Source: Leucoraja ocellata
Taxonomy: Eukaryota
Assembly (NCBI GenBank): GCA_036785375.1
Contig: JAWMAR010000148.1
Coordinates: forward strand, 248,001-312,000
Direction of reading: 5' to 3'
Length of the DNA stretch: 64,000 nt
Both the position numbers and the translations under genes were made by a program. The notes under the pieces were generated by a model that saw nothing but the letters and a program-made list of their open reading frames with translations, had not been told where the DNA came from and did no database searches. The stretch's first letter is position 1, and every line of letters begins with the position of its first letter. This document shows positions 13,501 through 28,500 of the stretch, in pieces.

Positions 13501-16500
13501 ATCTCTTCCCAGTCTTCTTCATATTGAGGCAAACATTCCCAGCCTTTCCAGGCTCTCCTGTTAGCTGAAACACTCCACCTCAGCCACATACTGGTTAAAA
13601 ATCGTTTTTCCCCCTCGCTAGTGTAATCGCAACCTTTCCATAGTTGTGCCAGCCAAAACTGCATAAAGTATTCCAGCTGGGGTCCAACTAATGTACTGTC
13701 AATCTGATAAAATTATTAATCCAGGACCCCAACTACTTCCTCGAGTGAACATGAGATCTTCTATAGTATCATTTTGAAGGTGAAATAAAAAATTTGCTCA
13801 GTCCCCATGTCAATATTCATGCTTCGGTAAATTCGTAAATCAGATTATGTGCATATTATGGTGGTGCTTATATACATCAAAACAAAATACTGAGCTGTGA
13901 CTTTGTGTTTTTGGACATCTTGATACTGACAAAGATGTGATCATAAATTCAGTCTGTCTTCATTGCATTTTAAAATATATAATAATAATAATAATAATAA
14001 TAAACAGACAAGTATAAGTATTCATTAAGAGTTACAACCCATGTAATTTATTTTTTTAATCTGAATATTTAATTTCTGTTCTTTAGATGGTGATCAACAA
14101 ATTCAAAGCACTCATTGGAAGTTGTCATACTTCACAACCAACTCATCTGACATATACCCACTGCACAAACGATTTGTACGGAGCACAATATCAAGGAAAG
14201 ACAAACAGGAGAAAAGTTTGCTGACCATCTACCAGAGAATGACAGAAGTAAAAGAAATACTACTGCAATGTGAATCTCTTGTAAAAGTGACCAATTATGT
14301 TCTGAGAGATGCTTTGGGGAAAACTTTGGAGTTCCACCCACTTCCAACCTGTGATCAGAGGCTGAATAATCAGATTACCAAAGTTGATCCACTCATTCTT
14401 GTTAGGGTTAAGATAAAACCACAGTTACTTTACCAAGTCTTACACTTCCTGAAAGAGCTAGACTTGCTGGTGGATGCTCATCTAGCAAAAGCGTTCTACA
14501 TTGTGAAAAAGCTAATGGTTATTAAGCAAGAAATGATATTGGGAAAGACAAGTAAAACCAATAATGAACATGGTATGTATTTGTTTATATTTTCTCCTTC
14601 CATGTAGATTTGTTGAGATTCTAAATTTAAAAAACATATGTTGAATTTTTTGATAAATGCGAATCCAAGGAAACACATTACATATTTATTGTGTGGAGAA
14701 TTTCCGATATGTAGGAAGCCACCTGTCAATGATGGTGGACCCTAATTATGAAATTCACCATTGCCATCACCACACACGTACACGGTTATCTGAGGAAAAG
14801 GATGTTTGAAGATCAGACCCTTTTACAAAACTCATAGCTTCCCAGGCAGCATTAATCCTGCTCTTCTTTATGTTTCTGAGTCTTTGATTACCTGCAACAG
14901 TCACATCAAAACACTAAAAGGACACCATCAACACTGTCTCTGCAAACTCCTCCAGATTCACCAGAAAGGTAAGTGAGTCAATGTTAGCACCCTCTCCCAT
15001 GTCAACATTCCCAGTGTTGATGCCCTAGTTACTCAGTTTGCTCCAGTTGAGCAGATCCTGTCATTTGCACGCCCAGCATCAGCCTCTTGCAACGGACACC
15101 CTTTTCCGAGTACTGTCACAGAGAGAGATTACCATCTTGATTGGGGAGAAAGATTCCACGGTGTTCTCAAAACCTGGAAAAGATAAAATTATCACATTGA
15201 CTTCAGGGAATCACTGGCCCATGCTCTTCTCCAAGTAGAGTAAATGCTTTGATTTGGAACTGAGAACCCAGAGTTAATTGTTCAGAACCACATCGAGCCC
15301 AATGTCAAAACCTGAAGAAATACATTACTTCAGAAATTCTCCTCCTGCTCAATACAAAGGCACCATATCTGTTTGAGTCTATAAGTTTCATACCGGCCTC
15401 AGCAATTTGGCCTTCGGAACCTGCAGAATTGGAGTAGCAGCAAGTCATCCTTGCCCTGAGAGATAAAGGATATATCATTATAAGGCTGAAAAACAAATAT
15501 GAAGCAAAATAGTATAATGACAGCTACACAATGTAATTCGATAAATTAATCCTTTAGAAAGCAGAAATATAATGAACTATCCTCTCTAGCTTTGCGGACA
15601 CTTAACCACCTGTAGATTGTGTAGGAAAGAATTGCAGATGCTGGTTTAAATCGAAGGTAGACACGGAATGCTGGAGTAACTCAGCGGGTCAAGCAGCATC
15701 TCTGGAGAGATGGAATGGGTGATGTTTCAGGTCGAGACCCTTCTTCAGACTGATGTCAGGTGAGTGGGCGGGACAGATAGAATATAGTCGGAGACAGTAG
15801 GACTGGTGGGAGAACTGGGAAGGGGGAGGGGATGGAGACAGAGAACGCAGGGGCTATTTGAAGAGTGCCCCTTGTCCTCTCCTTTCACCCCATCAGCCGT
15901 CGCATACAGCATATAATCCTCCAACACTTTCGCCACCTCCAACGGGATCCCACTATTGGCCACATCTTCGCACCTTCATTGTCAGAGGTCCAGCGCAAAT
16001 TGAAGGAACAGCAACTCGTATTTCGCTTGGGTCGCTTACACCCCAGCAGTATGAACATTGACCTCTAACTTGCTTTCCCTCTCTCTCCATCCTCTCCCCA
16101 TCCCATTTCTCCCACCAGTCTTACTGTCTCCGACTACATTCTATCCCTGTCCCGCCCACTGACCCGCTGAGTTACTCCAGCATTTTGTGTCTACCACCTG
16201 TAGATTGTCAAGTTTGTGGGGATAGTTCATTACATTTCCGCGTTCTAAAGGATTAATTTATCAAATTACATTGCATTTATGGTTTGTACAAAAACTGAAG
16301 TCTTAGACATACTGACAGATATTTGCTGACATTTTATTCACTTGTCTAATGGATAATGGATACTTCAGTGTGAAGATGTCACTATTCACAAGCATTTCAA
16401 TTCAGGAATATGCCTTAACAGCCTGTCTCAGAATGGACTGGCATGAAAACTTTCTCCATTTATTTCAATGCAGTGGATCTGCTCCAAAATGTCACAGTAA

Positions 16501-19500
16501 CTCTTAAGTTACTGTATAATTCTTTTGAATTCTTTGAATATATTTATAACTTTGAATTTATTTACTTTTTAAGTAAAATATTTGTTTTATTTTTTAAACA
16601 TACACAGCTGGGGATGGATAGCTTACCCAAAGGACATGTTTTTCCAGCAGTATGTAGCTGGGACCTATTTTGGCCCCACCACATAACAAGATATATATTG
16701 AAGAATTCCCGTGTAGCAGAAGGCCTCATCCATTACTTGAAAGATTTTGTGCCACAATTCCTACTTTTGTAAACCATGCAAAGATGATGTGGTTTGCTGC
16801 AGATGACAAATGTGTTGCTTTTGAGTACTTTTAATTATGAAATAGGAATATGATGCCAGAGGTGGCTTTTCCAATTATGCAATACTTTGAATTCCGCTGA
16901 GGATTGAGAATGACTGCTTCCACTCTTCTGTGTGTTCTGAGATAATGATGAGACTAATGATGGGAATCACAGACTCCAATACAGGATGACAGTGGTGCTT
17001 GATGCGAATGCAAGTAGTTTGGGATGTGGTTCACTGCTTATGCCATTTACACTGGGCTTCTGTGCATTTCCAAAGGAACATGAATATCTCTAGGCCTCCC
17101 TGATTCCCAGGAGCCAGTGGTGATATTACAGATTTTCAAAGAGGCTTTGAGAACTCCCTAATGTTTTCCTCTGTCCACCTGATTATATTTTGCTGTGACA
17201 ATACTCAGAATAGACAGTCAGGCATGTGAGAGACGTGCTCATTGGAGCCAACCTAGTGCAATTAGAAATAAATACAAGATGTTGAAGATGCTCAGCGGGC
17301 CCGGCAGCATATGTGGAGAGAAGAAGAGTTAATGTTTCAGGTGAATCACTTTTCTTCAAACTGGAATATGTGTTTTAAATTGCAGAAAAGAGGAGGGGCA
17401 GAGAGAATAAAAGGAATGTTTGTGAACGACTGGAGACCAAGGTTGACCAACATCTGCAACATCTATAAGAGGATAGTACAGGCTTACAAATCATAGCTAA
17501 TCTTTCTGTAAGAGGTATAAGTGGAAATAATAAATGGGGACAGAGAAGAGAGAGACAAAACAATGCTGAAATGTAGAACCTATCAGTTGCTGCAAAATCT
17601 TAAATAATAGAAATTCATGATACTCAGAAGATCACTTACCAACTACGGAGAGAAGAAAACAAACTTAATGTTAAAGCTTCAGGCTTTTCTATCAGAACTG
17701 GCAGTTCTAACACATAGAAAAGTGGCTGGTTACATTAAGTTGCATTCGATAGTGGGTCGCAATGTTTGAAACATGTTAGATGAAAGGTGAGGTGCTATTC
17801 CTCAAGCTTGTAATGTGCTTTGTTGGAACAAAATAGGGAGGCAAAAACACATGGGTCAAAATGGAAGAGGGATGAAAAATTAATGTTACAGCAACTGGAA
17901 GCACTCAACAATCATGTTGACGGAACAGAGGTGCTCTCATATCTGTATTTAGTTTCTCCGCATCATGAGGACAGGACTCAGTACACCAAATTGGCAGGAG
18001 AACAAATAATACTTTACCTGGAAAGGGTACCAGGATGATGGAATGGGAGGTGATGTAAGGAAAGGTGTTGTATCTGTTATTGTCGCGTGGAAATGGTTGG
18101 TTACAATAGAATCACCACACCACAGTGGTTGGCACTGTTGCCTCACAGTTTGATCCTGAGTTCAGGTGATGTCTGTAGAGTTTTCACTTTCTTCCCATGA
18201 TCATGCGATTTTATGCCAGGTTGTTGGGTGTTCCCCTACATCCCAAAAACATGCTGGTTGGTAAGCTGGAGATTTGTCTGTGGAGTTTGCACATTCTCCC
18301 TGGGACCACGTGTGTACCCACCAGGTGCTTCGGTTTCCATCCACATCACAAAGGTAGATTAATTGGCCACTGTAAATTTTGCTTAACGTGTCAGTGAATC
18401 TTAGAATCTGGAGGGGAGTTAATGTGAATATGAGGGAAATAAAGTGGGTGCTTGATGGTCAGTAAGGTCTCAATAGGCTGAACAACCCATTTCCATGCTT
18501 TATATGTCCTACTCATTACAATGTTCTGCACTCACAGCCCCAGTATTGTTTCTTTCTTTTTCTCTTTGTCTTCATTTATCGCCATCTATCTGTTGTGGAC
18601 CTTTATTGTAGGATGCAGCTTGATCGAGGAGCTTTGTTCTAAATATGTTTGGTGTTAGATCTATTCTCTCATAGGTTTCAGTGAATAGATCATCAACAAC
18701 TTGGAGCTTGTCCTCAGAACATGCGCATACACTAGTGCTGACTGCGCACAACAGCTCAACAGCTCAAATAAATTCAAGGAAAACAAGTCAAGTTTGCACA
18801 GCCAGTTTTCAATGCTGGTATCATTTTAGTGAATCTTCACTGTAAACTCTGCAACCCCAATATATCTCACTAGCCAAGATCAAGTACAGTATTCTTCGAT
18901 CAAAATTCTTAAGTTTTGTCACATTGTACCATTGTCTCGTTGTCCCAGTCAAGTAAAGGTGAATCCATCAAGGCAGTTCTACTGAGGCAATGTGTAATTC
19001 ATGTATATCAGGAATCACATCGGTATTGGGTCAGTCAAACACACAGAAAATGCCTCAGAGTAATTTAGTAGAAAATAGTTGGAAAAATCTTTTTGACCTC
19101 CGAAGGTAGTTTAATAAAACTCCATGAGGCATATGTGTTGAATTTCAACATCGACAAATCCACATACCTCTCAAACTGGAAAGTCCTTGATTCTTATGGG
19201 TTCACCTTTAAATAGCTAAAGTGTCTGACATCTTAAGTGAAGGGCTTAACTTAAGATCAGAGGAAAGGTCCAGAACTGAAAAGTCATCTATCTATTCCTA
19301 CACATGCTACCTAACCCGCTGAGTCCTCTAGCATTTATTTTTGGCTTAAGTGAATCTTGCATTCAAAGGACCAATTTTAAAATGTAAATAAATCTTAACC
19401 TTTTTATTTCAATGTTATTTCCTTACAATTAATACCAAATGATCTTTCAGTCAGAAAAAAAATCGATGCTCTTTATCATTTAAAAAATATCAAGTGGAAC

Positions 19501-22500
19501 TCCTCATTCTACCCTTTTCCGTTGAAAAAAATGATTTCCAGAGTCTGATAGCTTAAAACTTTGATCATTTCTTGACCTTCTCCAAGGCCTCAATTTCTGT
19601 CATGTCCATCAAAGTGAGTAAAATTGAGATACATTTCTAACGTCTGCTGTGAGGGTCTGAACAGCAAACTTCTACTGTCTTCATGGTTTATTCCTCATAT
19701 CATGGCTTATACACAGCGACATTCATTGCATGGTCATAGCACCTTCTGGTTTCATCATTGGCTAATCATACTGTCTGATAGAATGTCATAGCATCCCATT
19801 CACTAAATCCATTTGTGTATGTTATTTTTCTAGATGATTTGTCAGAATGTCCCATGCTTTTCCATGTTATGTCTATCCATTTGCTTTGTTTTTACAGTCT
19901 TAAAATGGCTGAAAAGGAACAGGACCCACAGAAAGTCCTTTAAAGGTAGAGTTCGGCCAAGACCCTTACTTGGTCCAGACTGTGTTATATGTTGTTAGTG
20001 CATGGCAACTCCAGTGTATAACGATCATTTCACTTGCTCAAACATCTTGGGTACAATCCAATTCTTCCCATTTGTTTCATGCTCCATTCTGTTGCACCGA
20101 CAGGACTTGGCACTGAGTAGGTCAATGAGTTTCGTGATACTATTTATCCCGAATAAATAGATTTTGTTGGACAAATCCGGAATAAATTATATACTAATCT
20201 CAAAGTATTACCATCCTTGACAGACAAATTGTTTTGAGTTGTGTTGGACATGATGTTTGATATATAGATAGGACACGAGATGAGACACATCATTAAATTC
20301 ATTCAGACTGCCACCAAGCCATAGCTTCCTTTTTTAATGAGAAAAAAGAGGACTTTTTTAAAAATACTAAAGTCATCAAAAGCACAATCAAGAAATTATA
20401 TTTAGTAGGTGTCCATTCATAGAGAATGACACACATAAATTTACTTTAAAAAGAGGAAATTCCACCCTATCATGAGATAAGCTTGGGTGTACTGATGATG
20501 TTTAAAAAGTGATCGAAAGTTAGTAACATAAAATCAATTGAGGTAGAAATACCTGTCATTTTAATGTGTGTTACATGTGCTGTTAAAAAAAAGATGTCAT
20601 GTGGAATCATTCTGTTAAAATCAAAAGAAAGATAGCCAACTGATTATTTAGTTTATGCAAAACACAAGGTGCTCGAGGAACTGAGTAGGCGAGGCAGCAT
20701 CTGAGGAGGGAATGGATTGGTGGTGTTTTAGATCAAGACCCTTCAGCCAAGACCTGAAACATCACGTCTATTCCTTCCCCAGATGCTGCCTGACCCTCAG
20801 AGTTCCTCCAGCATTTTGTGTTTAGCTCAAGATTCCATTAAGTAAGTAAGTAAGTAAGTCGACATTATCGACAGTTTCCTCAGTCTCCTAGTTATCCAAT
20901 CTATTATTTATTTATTTCAATTAATTATATATATTGCCCCAGCAGGAGAGATGAATCATATATTACTGTAATTTTAAACACACCCACTGATGGTGTGCTT
21001 TCAGCAACTTTCTCTCTACAGTGCTGCTGGTGCTGCCACCTAATGAACAGTCAGAGTACCTTTTCTGAAATAAATGACATCTGGTAGCTTGGCCGTTGAG
21101 ATTATATTTTGCTCCACTTTCAGCAGGCTTACATAAAAGCTGCCCTGAGCAAAACTGTTTCTCACTTAGTATTTACTTTATCCTCCTTGGTAAATAGATA
21201 ATTTGAAGTTTTAGAAACATAAAACGCGTATAAGACCATAAGAGGAATAGATAGGGTAAATGACAGCGTCTTTTCCCAGGGTGGGAGAATCAAGACCAGA
21301 GGACATAGGTTTAAAGTGAGGGGGAAAAGATTTAAAAGGAACTTAAAGGGCAACTTTTTTACACAAAAGGCAGTGGATATATGGAACGAGCTTCCAAAGG
21401 AGGTAGTTGAGGCAGGTGCTTTCATAACGCTTAGAAGATATTTGGACAGGTATATCGATAGGATAGGTATAGAAGGATATGGGTCAAATGCAGGCAGGTG
21501 GGACTACCATAGATGGGGCATCTTAGTTGGCATGGGCAAGATAGACTAAAGGGCCTGTTTCTGTGCTCCATTACTTAGACTGTGCATTCATGTCTTACTT
21601 TAAACATTTCAATATATAATTTAAACCGTTAATAAATTGGCAATATTAGCAATACCAGCCATACTGCTAAGAAATTTAAGTTATTTTAAACTCTGCCCTC
21701 GACATGTCCAATTCAGTGTTGGTCAGCATGGAGAAGTTGGGTTGAAGGACTTGTTTCCATGCCGTATGACTCCATGACTCTATGACTTGATTTAAAAAAA
21801 TAGAAATCATTTGTCCTCTATGTTTTCAAAATAAAAAATATTTGTCATGTTTCATGAGGTCATTATACCTGCTAAAATAAGTATAGTTATTGAAAGCCAG
21901 TGGATATATCAATGTGTAAACCCCACTGTTTGCAACAAAGCTGTAAAGGCTGACTGCTATTTCCAGCCCAATGGAACCCGAGTTAGATGGCAATTGGGAT
22001 TCCACTTATTAAGTGAAAATTGTATGTGCTCGTAATTTATGAATCCATTAATAGCCACTTTTAACTTCTTAATGTTTTCGATGATGATGAATGAATAGTT
22101 CTTTGTTTTGGTAGTGTCTTCAAACTATATTCAAAATAGATAGTTAGCCATTGCGTTATAAAAGATAATCAGTTCCAATTGAAAGGAGATTCCCTCGCCA
22201 GAACAAAACATAACTATGTAGTGATAAACTTATTTTGCATGTGACTTACTGTAAACATATCAATTTCACTGGAAAGTCTATTGATTTAGTGATGAATTAC
22301 CTGTGGCATCTACTTGTTTTTGCTCAGTCAGAATGTTGAATTCATGTCTCACTCCTGAGACCTGAGCAAATGATTAAGAGTGATGCTTCTACACATGACT
22401 AAGAAAGTACTACACAGCCGAAGATGCCACTTTTAAATAAGATATTTAACTGGGGCTCTATCTGTATATCCATTGACACCAAACTGTGTCATTCCATTTC

Positions 22501-25500
22501 TGTGAATTCTTCTTGTACATTGTTTAATTTTACTTCAAAACCAACATCACTCAAATTTCTTGTTTGACTGTTTGTGCAAGGTTGTTGCATGCAGATCAAC
22601 ATAAAACGGCTGTGAAGCTATTGGGCATTCTGAATGGATGAAAGCCACATATTAAATGCAAATTTGTTTTTGCTATTGTTTATGTGAGGAGTTTGAATTA
22701 ATCTCTGAGAGCAGTTTTAATTAGTCTGAATTTTTAACCTTTTACACTTTTTAAGTATTTACTAATCAATATTGATTAAAGTAATAATGAAAAATAGTAT
22801 CTAAAATGGGACATACAAGCTGATTGAAAATCATACTAAGTTTTAATTTGTAAACATTTCCCATAACATCACATTGCTTTCTGGGAATATGTTGTGCTCA
22901 AAATATTTTCTGCATATTCAAAAATAGAGGATTGTGCCCCCTGGTTTCCAGTTACTAGTTTGTTGTCATGGACAAGATGGTATCTATTTAAAGTTACTAG
23001 CAATCTCATACACAAAAGTAAAACATGCTGTAAATCTATACATTTCAAATTTAGCCAAAGAGATTAAACAATGTTCTTCACAATCAGTTTAAACCTTTAC
23101 TTCTGTCTAATATTCCCACAGCTAGTGTTTCTATTTAATATTTATTACCTCCTGTGGAGGGGCATATTTATTATCTACTACTTTAATTTCAGTGAAAACA
23201 AGAACAAGAAATAATGCTGTTGTTTTCAATTTCTGTTCTTTTTCCCCTAGCATTTGCATTTTTTTAATTTTCTACCAATATCAGGTGGTTTAAGACACAT
23301 TGAAGAATTTTTGTATACACGCTAAGGATATCTGTGAAGGCATAATGTTCAGTAATTACTGCTCAGCCTGCCTCACGGTGCCAGGATTGTGAGGAATAGC
23401 TGTCAGATTTAAAGTGTTCCTGGCAAACCACAAACTTGCTCAAAATGACTACCAAGCAGGCAAAAGGCAGCTTGCAGTTAGAAATGAGGATACTACTCTG
23501 GAAGAGTAATAGAATGAAAGAACAAACTTGCATTTATAAAGCACCTTTCCCATCAGTGCTAATTAAAACACTGCATAGCTAATAAAGTGTACAAGTGCCC
23601 CTCGGTAGTTTAGTGGTGTAATGGTTACGTTACTGGACTAATCTATTTAAGCAATTTGAAAATGCTGTATGGAATTTGGTACTAAAAAGCTGGTTTTCTG
23701 CGAAAGTGACCACAAAACCACTGTCATAAAATCATAACTGGCTTACTAATGACTTAACCTGGTATATGATGCAGCCCTAACTAATGCAAGCCACTTGAGT
23801 TGGATCAATAATGATGAACTAAAAATGTTGGCATATTCTGAAAATGAATTAAAAAAAATACAGGTAAGAACTAATTTATACTCAAAATGATCAATAATTC
23901 ACCTTTATTCATAAAGCTAATGTTTTTAGTGAATATAATAGAATATGTGGGCACATTTGTTATCTGGTTCTATAATTAGTGAAATTAAGATCACAGAGTA
24001 ATCACTGGGGGAAAGAATGGCTGTTGGTTTGATTGAGAATCACAATGTGACATTAATACAACAGTGACAACTGGAAAATCTTCATTTATAGCAACATTTC
24101 ATCATGTTAAATGTAATAAATGTAGAAAATGATTAAACATTTTTATCCACATCATATAATATTTATAGGGCTGTTTGTGAGCCGTGTTAAAGCCATCCGG
24201 TTTTCCCTGATAGAAATTCTCCACACTTCTTCCCAACTCGTTTACATTCTAGCAGATGCGTGCATTCATTCACTGGGTATGGGTATTGCGGCTGAGACAA
24301 ATGTTTATGGCCAGTTGGCAGGAAATCAGGGGACCTCCTCTTGCACCTTCTCTCAGGTCGAGCTGTAACAACTGTTTGTAGATCCCTTGACGAGGTAAGA
24401 AAGTGGATGTGGTGCCTGCCCCACTTCCTTGGTCTACTGGTATGTTTCAACCTTCTGTAACTTTGATGAATTGGTATGTGTTTAGGTTGGAGCACAATGC
24501 TGAGATATTAGTTTGACTGGAATATCCATTGATTGAAACATGATGGCAGTAGAGTGAAATAGAAGGAAATGCAACTGCCCTCACAGTTACCGCAACCTGG
24601 GATTGACCCTGACCTCTGCTGCTGTCTGCGTGGAATTTACATATACTTCTGCTGTTTCTAGTTTCTCCCACATCCCAGAAACTTGCTGGTTTGTAGGTTA
24701 ATTGCTCCTGGAGTAGGTTTCTGGGAAGATATTTAGGTGATGACTCAATGAACATATGGAAAGATTGCAGTGAAATAAATAGGGTCTTTGGGTTCTTGGT
24801 TCTTGGGTCCTCTAAAATATTCCAACTGGAATTTAAACTGGAGGTGGCAAAGCCAGGAAGGGTATAAAGAACACACACTATAGAATTTAACATAAAACAT
24901 CCCCACACAGCAGAATCAAAGTTTCCCACTGTGTGGGAAGGCACCAAAGTCTTCTATTTTGTAACATGGCATAGACTTGATAGATGAATGTCCTCCTGTG
25001 TCATAAAGAGGATTAGTGTATTTCTTTTTAGTGGTGATTTGAAATGAGTATGGATTGTGTTGATTTTCTTTTTGCTGGTCTGGGGCAACACAGAAGCATC
25101 GTTTCAGACCTGCATGAGTGCCAATGTATAGTGCTTCTTCATCATGGCTGTTCCATTTTTCAAATAGCCCTGGCATCTCTTCCCTATCACTAGAGACCTT
25201 CTGGGATAACTTCACCTTTCCTCTCCATCTCCTACTATGCCATCGTTCACCATTTGGAATCTGAATTTTTACTAGTCTTGTAAAGTTCCCTGAAATGTTT
25301 TTTTTCTTCTAATTTAAGTATTTTTTAGAATGTTATTGGAAAATAGGTGTCCGTTAATTGGAGAGTATTTAGATTTTAGTTTTGACTTTCAATTGGTTAA
25401 TATAGATTTTGTGTGAATCGGAATGTTGTCTACAAATTCACATGCCTGTATGGATCACAATAATTCATATTGATGATATAATGCATTAGCTCTGCAATTG

Positions 25501-28500
25501 AGAATTAGTTAAGGATAATAAAAGGTATATGAAAACAATTGGAGATGTTCAAGTAGCTGCAAGTAGAAGAAACAGCAATGAAACTTGTGATTGCTAACAT
25601 TCTGTTAGAGATTTAGGAACATTGGTATAATGTGTGTTGAGTTACAGATTTATTCATTGCCAAATTAAAACACGTCCTTAGTTCCAATATAAACTCTCAT
25701 CAGAAGTAGACTACAATGAAGGGAAATGTGTTGTGTTAGAAACCACCCAATCTATGATGTTTATTCTTTGTAACCCTTGTACTCCCTGGTGAGATTTGTA
25801 AATTATTTCTTGTTTCCTTTAAAATGCTCAAGGAATAAAATGTAATCCACAATGTGTAAAGGGACCATAAATGGAATAATGAAACAATCTAGGGCTATAG
25901 GTCAACATTCCTTCACTGAACAGTGGGTGAAACAGCAGCTGATGTGCACCATGTGCCCAGAGGTGAAATCTGTTCGGGGGGGTGAGTTAAGTTGAAAGTT
26001 AAATTTCATGTCAATGCATTGAGTGCCAATGATATTCTCTGAGAGTGAAGAAGAGACAAAAGAAAAGGGAGGGACAAGAAAAATAAAGTGAGTTGAGGAA
26101 GGTTTAGGAGGTGACGAAAGAAAGGGATGGGAAGCAGAGAGAGGGCAAGGCAGGGTGAGGTGAGATTGAGGGATGTAGAAATGAAAGGGAAAAGTGAAAC
26201 CAGTGGGATGTGACCACTGAAGAGAAAGGAAGAAGGGGAATGAGGAAGTGATGTGGGCTGAATAGCAAAGGGGGGGAGGAAAGGTAGCTAATTGGACAGA
26301 GAGTTTGATGGAGGGGTGTGGAGGACTGAGTAGGTAAGAAAGGGTGTGGAGGGCAGGAAGAATTAGGATAAGAAAAGGACAAAGAGATTGAAAGAAAGCA
26401 ATGGAAAGAGTGGGAGTGAAGTATGGAGGGAAGAAAGGAGAGCTGCAAGTAAGGAGGAGTGAAGGATAGAGAATGCTCAGATTATAGGAAGAGGAGGAAG
26501 GGAGAGAAGTGAGAATAGTTGAGAAAATAATGGAGGGAGGGAGGGTGAGGGCAAAGCATGAACACAGGTAGATCATTCATCTTGGTGTTATAGAGTCATA
26601 CAGTGTGGAAACAGACCTTTCAGCCGAACTTGCCCATGGCGTCCAACAAACCCCATTTAAACTAGCCCCACCTGCCTGCTTTTGGCCCTATCCCTCTAAA
26701 CCCATCTGCTCGAACCTGCTTTCATTCAATAAGATCTTGGCTGAACTTTTACTTCAGCACCACTTTTAGAATATAAAACAGTACAGCACAAGAACAGGCC
26801 CTTAGGCGCTCAATGTCTGTGCTGAACATGATGCCAAGACCAACTCTTAGCAGCCTGCACGTAATCCATCCATTATCCCTCCATTACCTGCATATCCATG
26901 TGCCTATCCAAAAGTCTCTTAAATGCCCTATCGTATCTGCCTCAACCACCACTCCAGAAATTCACCACCCTCTTTGTAAAAAGACTTGCCCCATACATCT
27001 TCTTTAAACTTTGCCCCTCTCATCTTAAAGCTATGCCCACTAGTATTTGATTTTTCCATCCTGGGAAAAATATTCTTATTATCCATCCTATCTGTGCCTC
27101 TCGTATGTCCCCATGCAACCTCTGGCATTATCCCCTAATCCCAGGCATCATCTTGGTAAACCGCCTCTCAAGAGTCGAGTCAAGAGAGTTTTATTGTCAT
27201 GTGTCCCAGATAGGACAATTAAATTCTTGCTTGCTGCAGCACAACGGAATATGTAAACATAACACAGAACAGGAGGTAAAAGTTCAGTGTGTCTATATAC
27301 AATAGATCATATATATATATAAAACAGATAAAGTGCAATAGTAATAATAGACTAATTGTTCAGAGCTTGTTTGATGTTGTGTTTAATAGCCTGATGGCTG
27401 TGGGGAAGTAGCTGTTCCTGAACCTGAATGTTCCAGATGTTCACTCTTTCCAAAGTCTCCACATCCTTCCTGACCAGAACTGGGTGCAATACTCCAAATG
27501 CAGCCAAATCAACGTCCTATAAAGCTGTATTATGCCTTCCTGGCTCTTGTACTCAATGCCCTGAGCTATGAAAACAAGCATACCATATGCCTGCTTCAAC
27601 ACTCTATCTACTTGTGTTGCCACTTGTAGGGAGTTGTTGACTTGGACCACAATATCCCTCTGTACTTCAGTGCCATTAATTGTATATTTCCACACATCAC
27701 ATTTACTCCGATTGAATTCCATCCACCACAATCCTCTGTCTTCCATCAGTAAGCAATTTCTGAATCCATATGAACAAGTCATTGTTAATCACATCCACTT
27801 TATTCTTTTAGGTCAGCCTAGCATGGGGGACTTTATTCATATGCCGTACTAACCCATACCCCTTGACTCCCTCGTCCAAATTTGCACAGATTAGGTGGGT
27901 CAAAGGACATTTTTCCGTTCTTTCTGACTCCAAGAATTCAAGCCTCCACACACCTGGGCCCCAGCACCAACCCCTGTGGCACTCCATTAGGTTCAGTCTC
28001 CAAACCTAGCCTAATAACTAATCTCCAGTCAGCAGTATATTGCCATAGTATCACATTCTCCAATGAAACCTTATGAAAATGTGAATACTGCACAACCACG
28101 GGTTTATACTTATGCAATTTTGTTAACTACAATCTCAAATCTGATCTCCCTTTCATAAATCTAAGTTGACTGCTGAATCTGATTATTACTTTCAATGTGC
28201 CCTTCTATCACTTCCATAATAATAGATTCCTACATTTGCTCTGCAACCAATGTCAGGCCAGCTGGTCTTAAACTGGAAGTTGACAATCAATACATCCAAT
28301 ATCTCCACTGCCAGGTTTTACCAAACCTTGAAATGTAAGTCGTGAGTCCCAGGATTTATCGACTTTAGGTTCCATTAATACTTCCATACATTTTTAGTAT
28401 TTTACTGCCTTAAATGGAAATGTATTTGGTGTAATCTATGTATTCATTCTCTAAATATCATATTGGTTGTCTACTGTCAGGCATTTTTAAAGTAGATTTT

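Noticed and set aside
16608-16772. Further coding exon after acceptor acacag|16608
   Set aside because: The long frame is phase 0; a phase-1 join gives AGDG-stop. It could only be an alternative terminal exon, and there is no support for that.
24256-24394. Exon-like segment with donor GAG|gtaaga
   Set aside because: All three frames stop before the donor, so it cannot be an internal coding exon.
25902-26576. 224-aa hydrophobic minus-strand ORF
   Set aside because: Translation of a polypyrimidine tract (complement of the GA-rich repeat).
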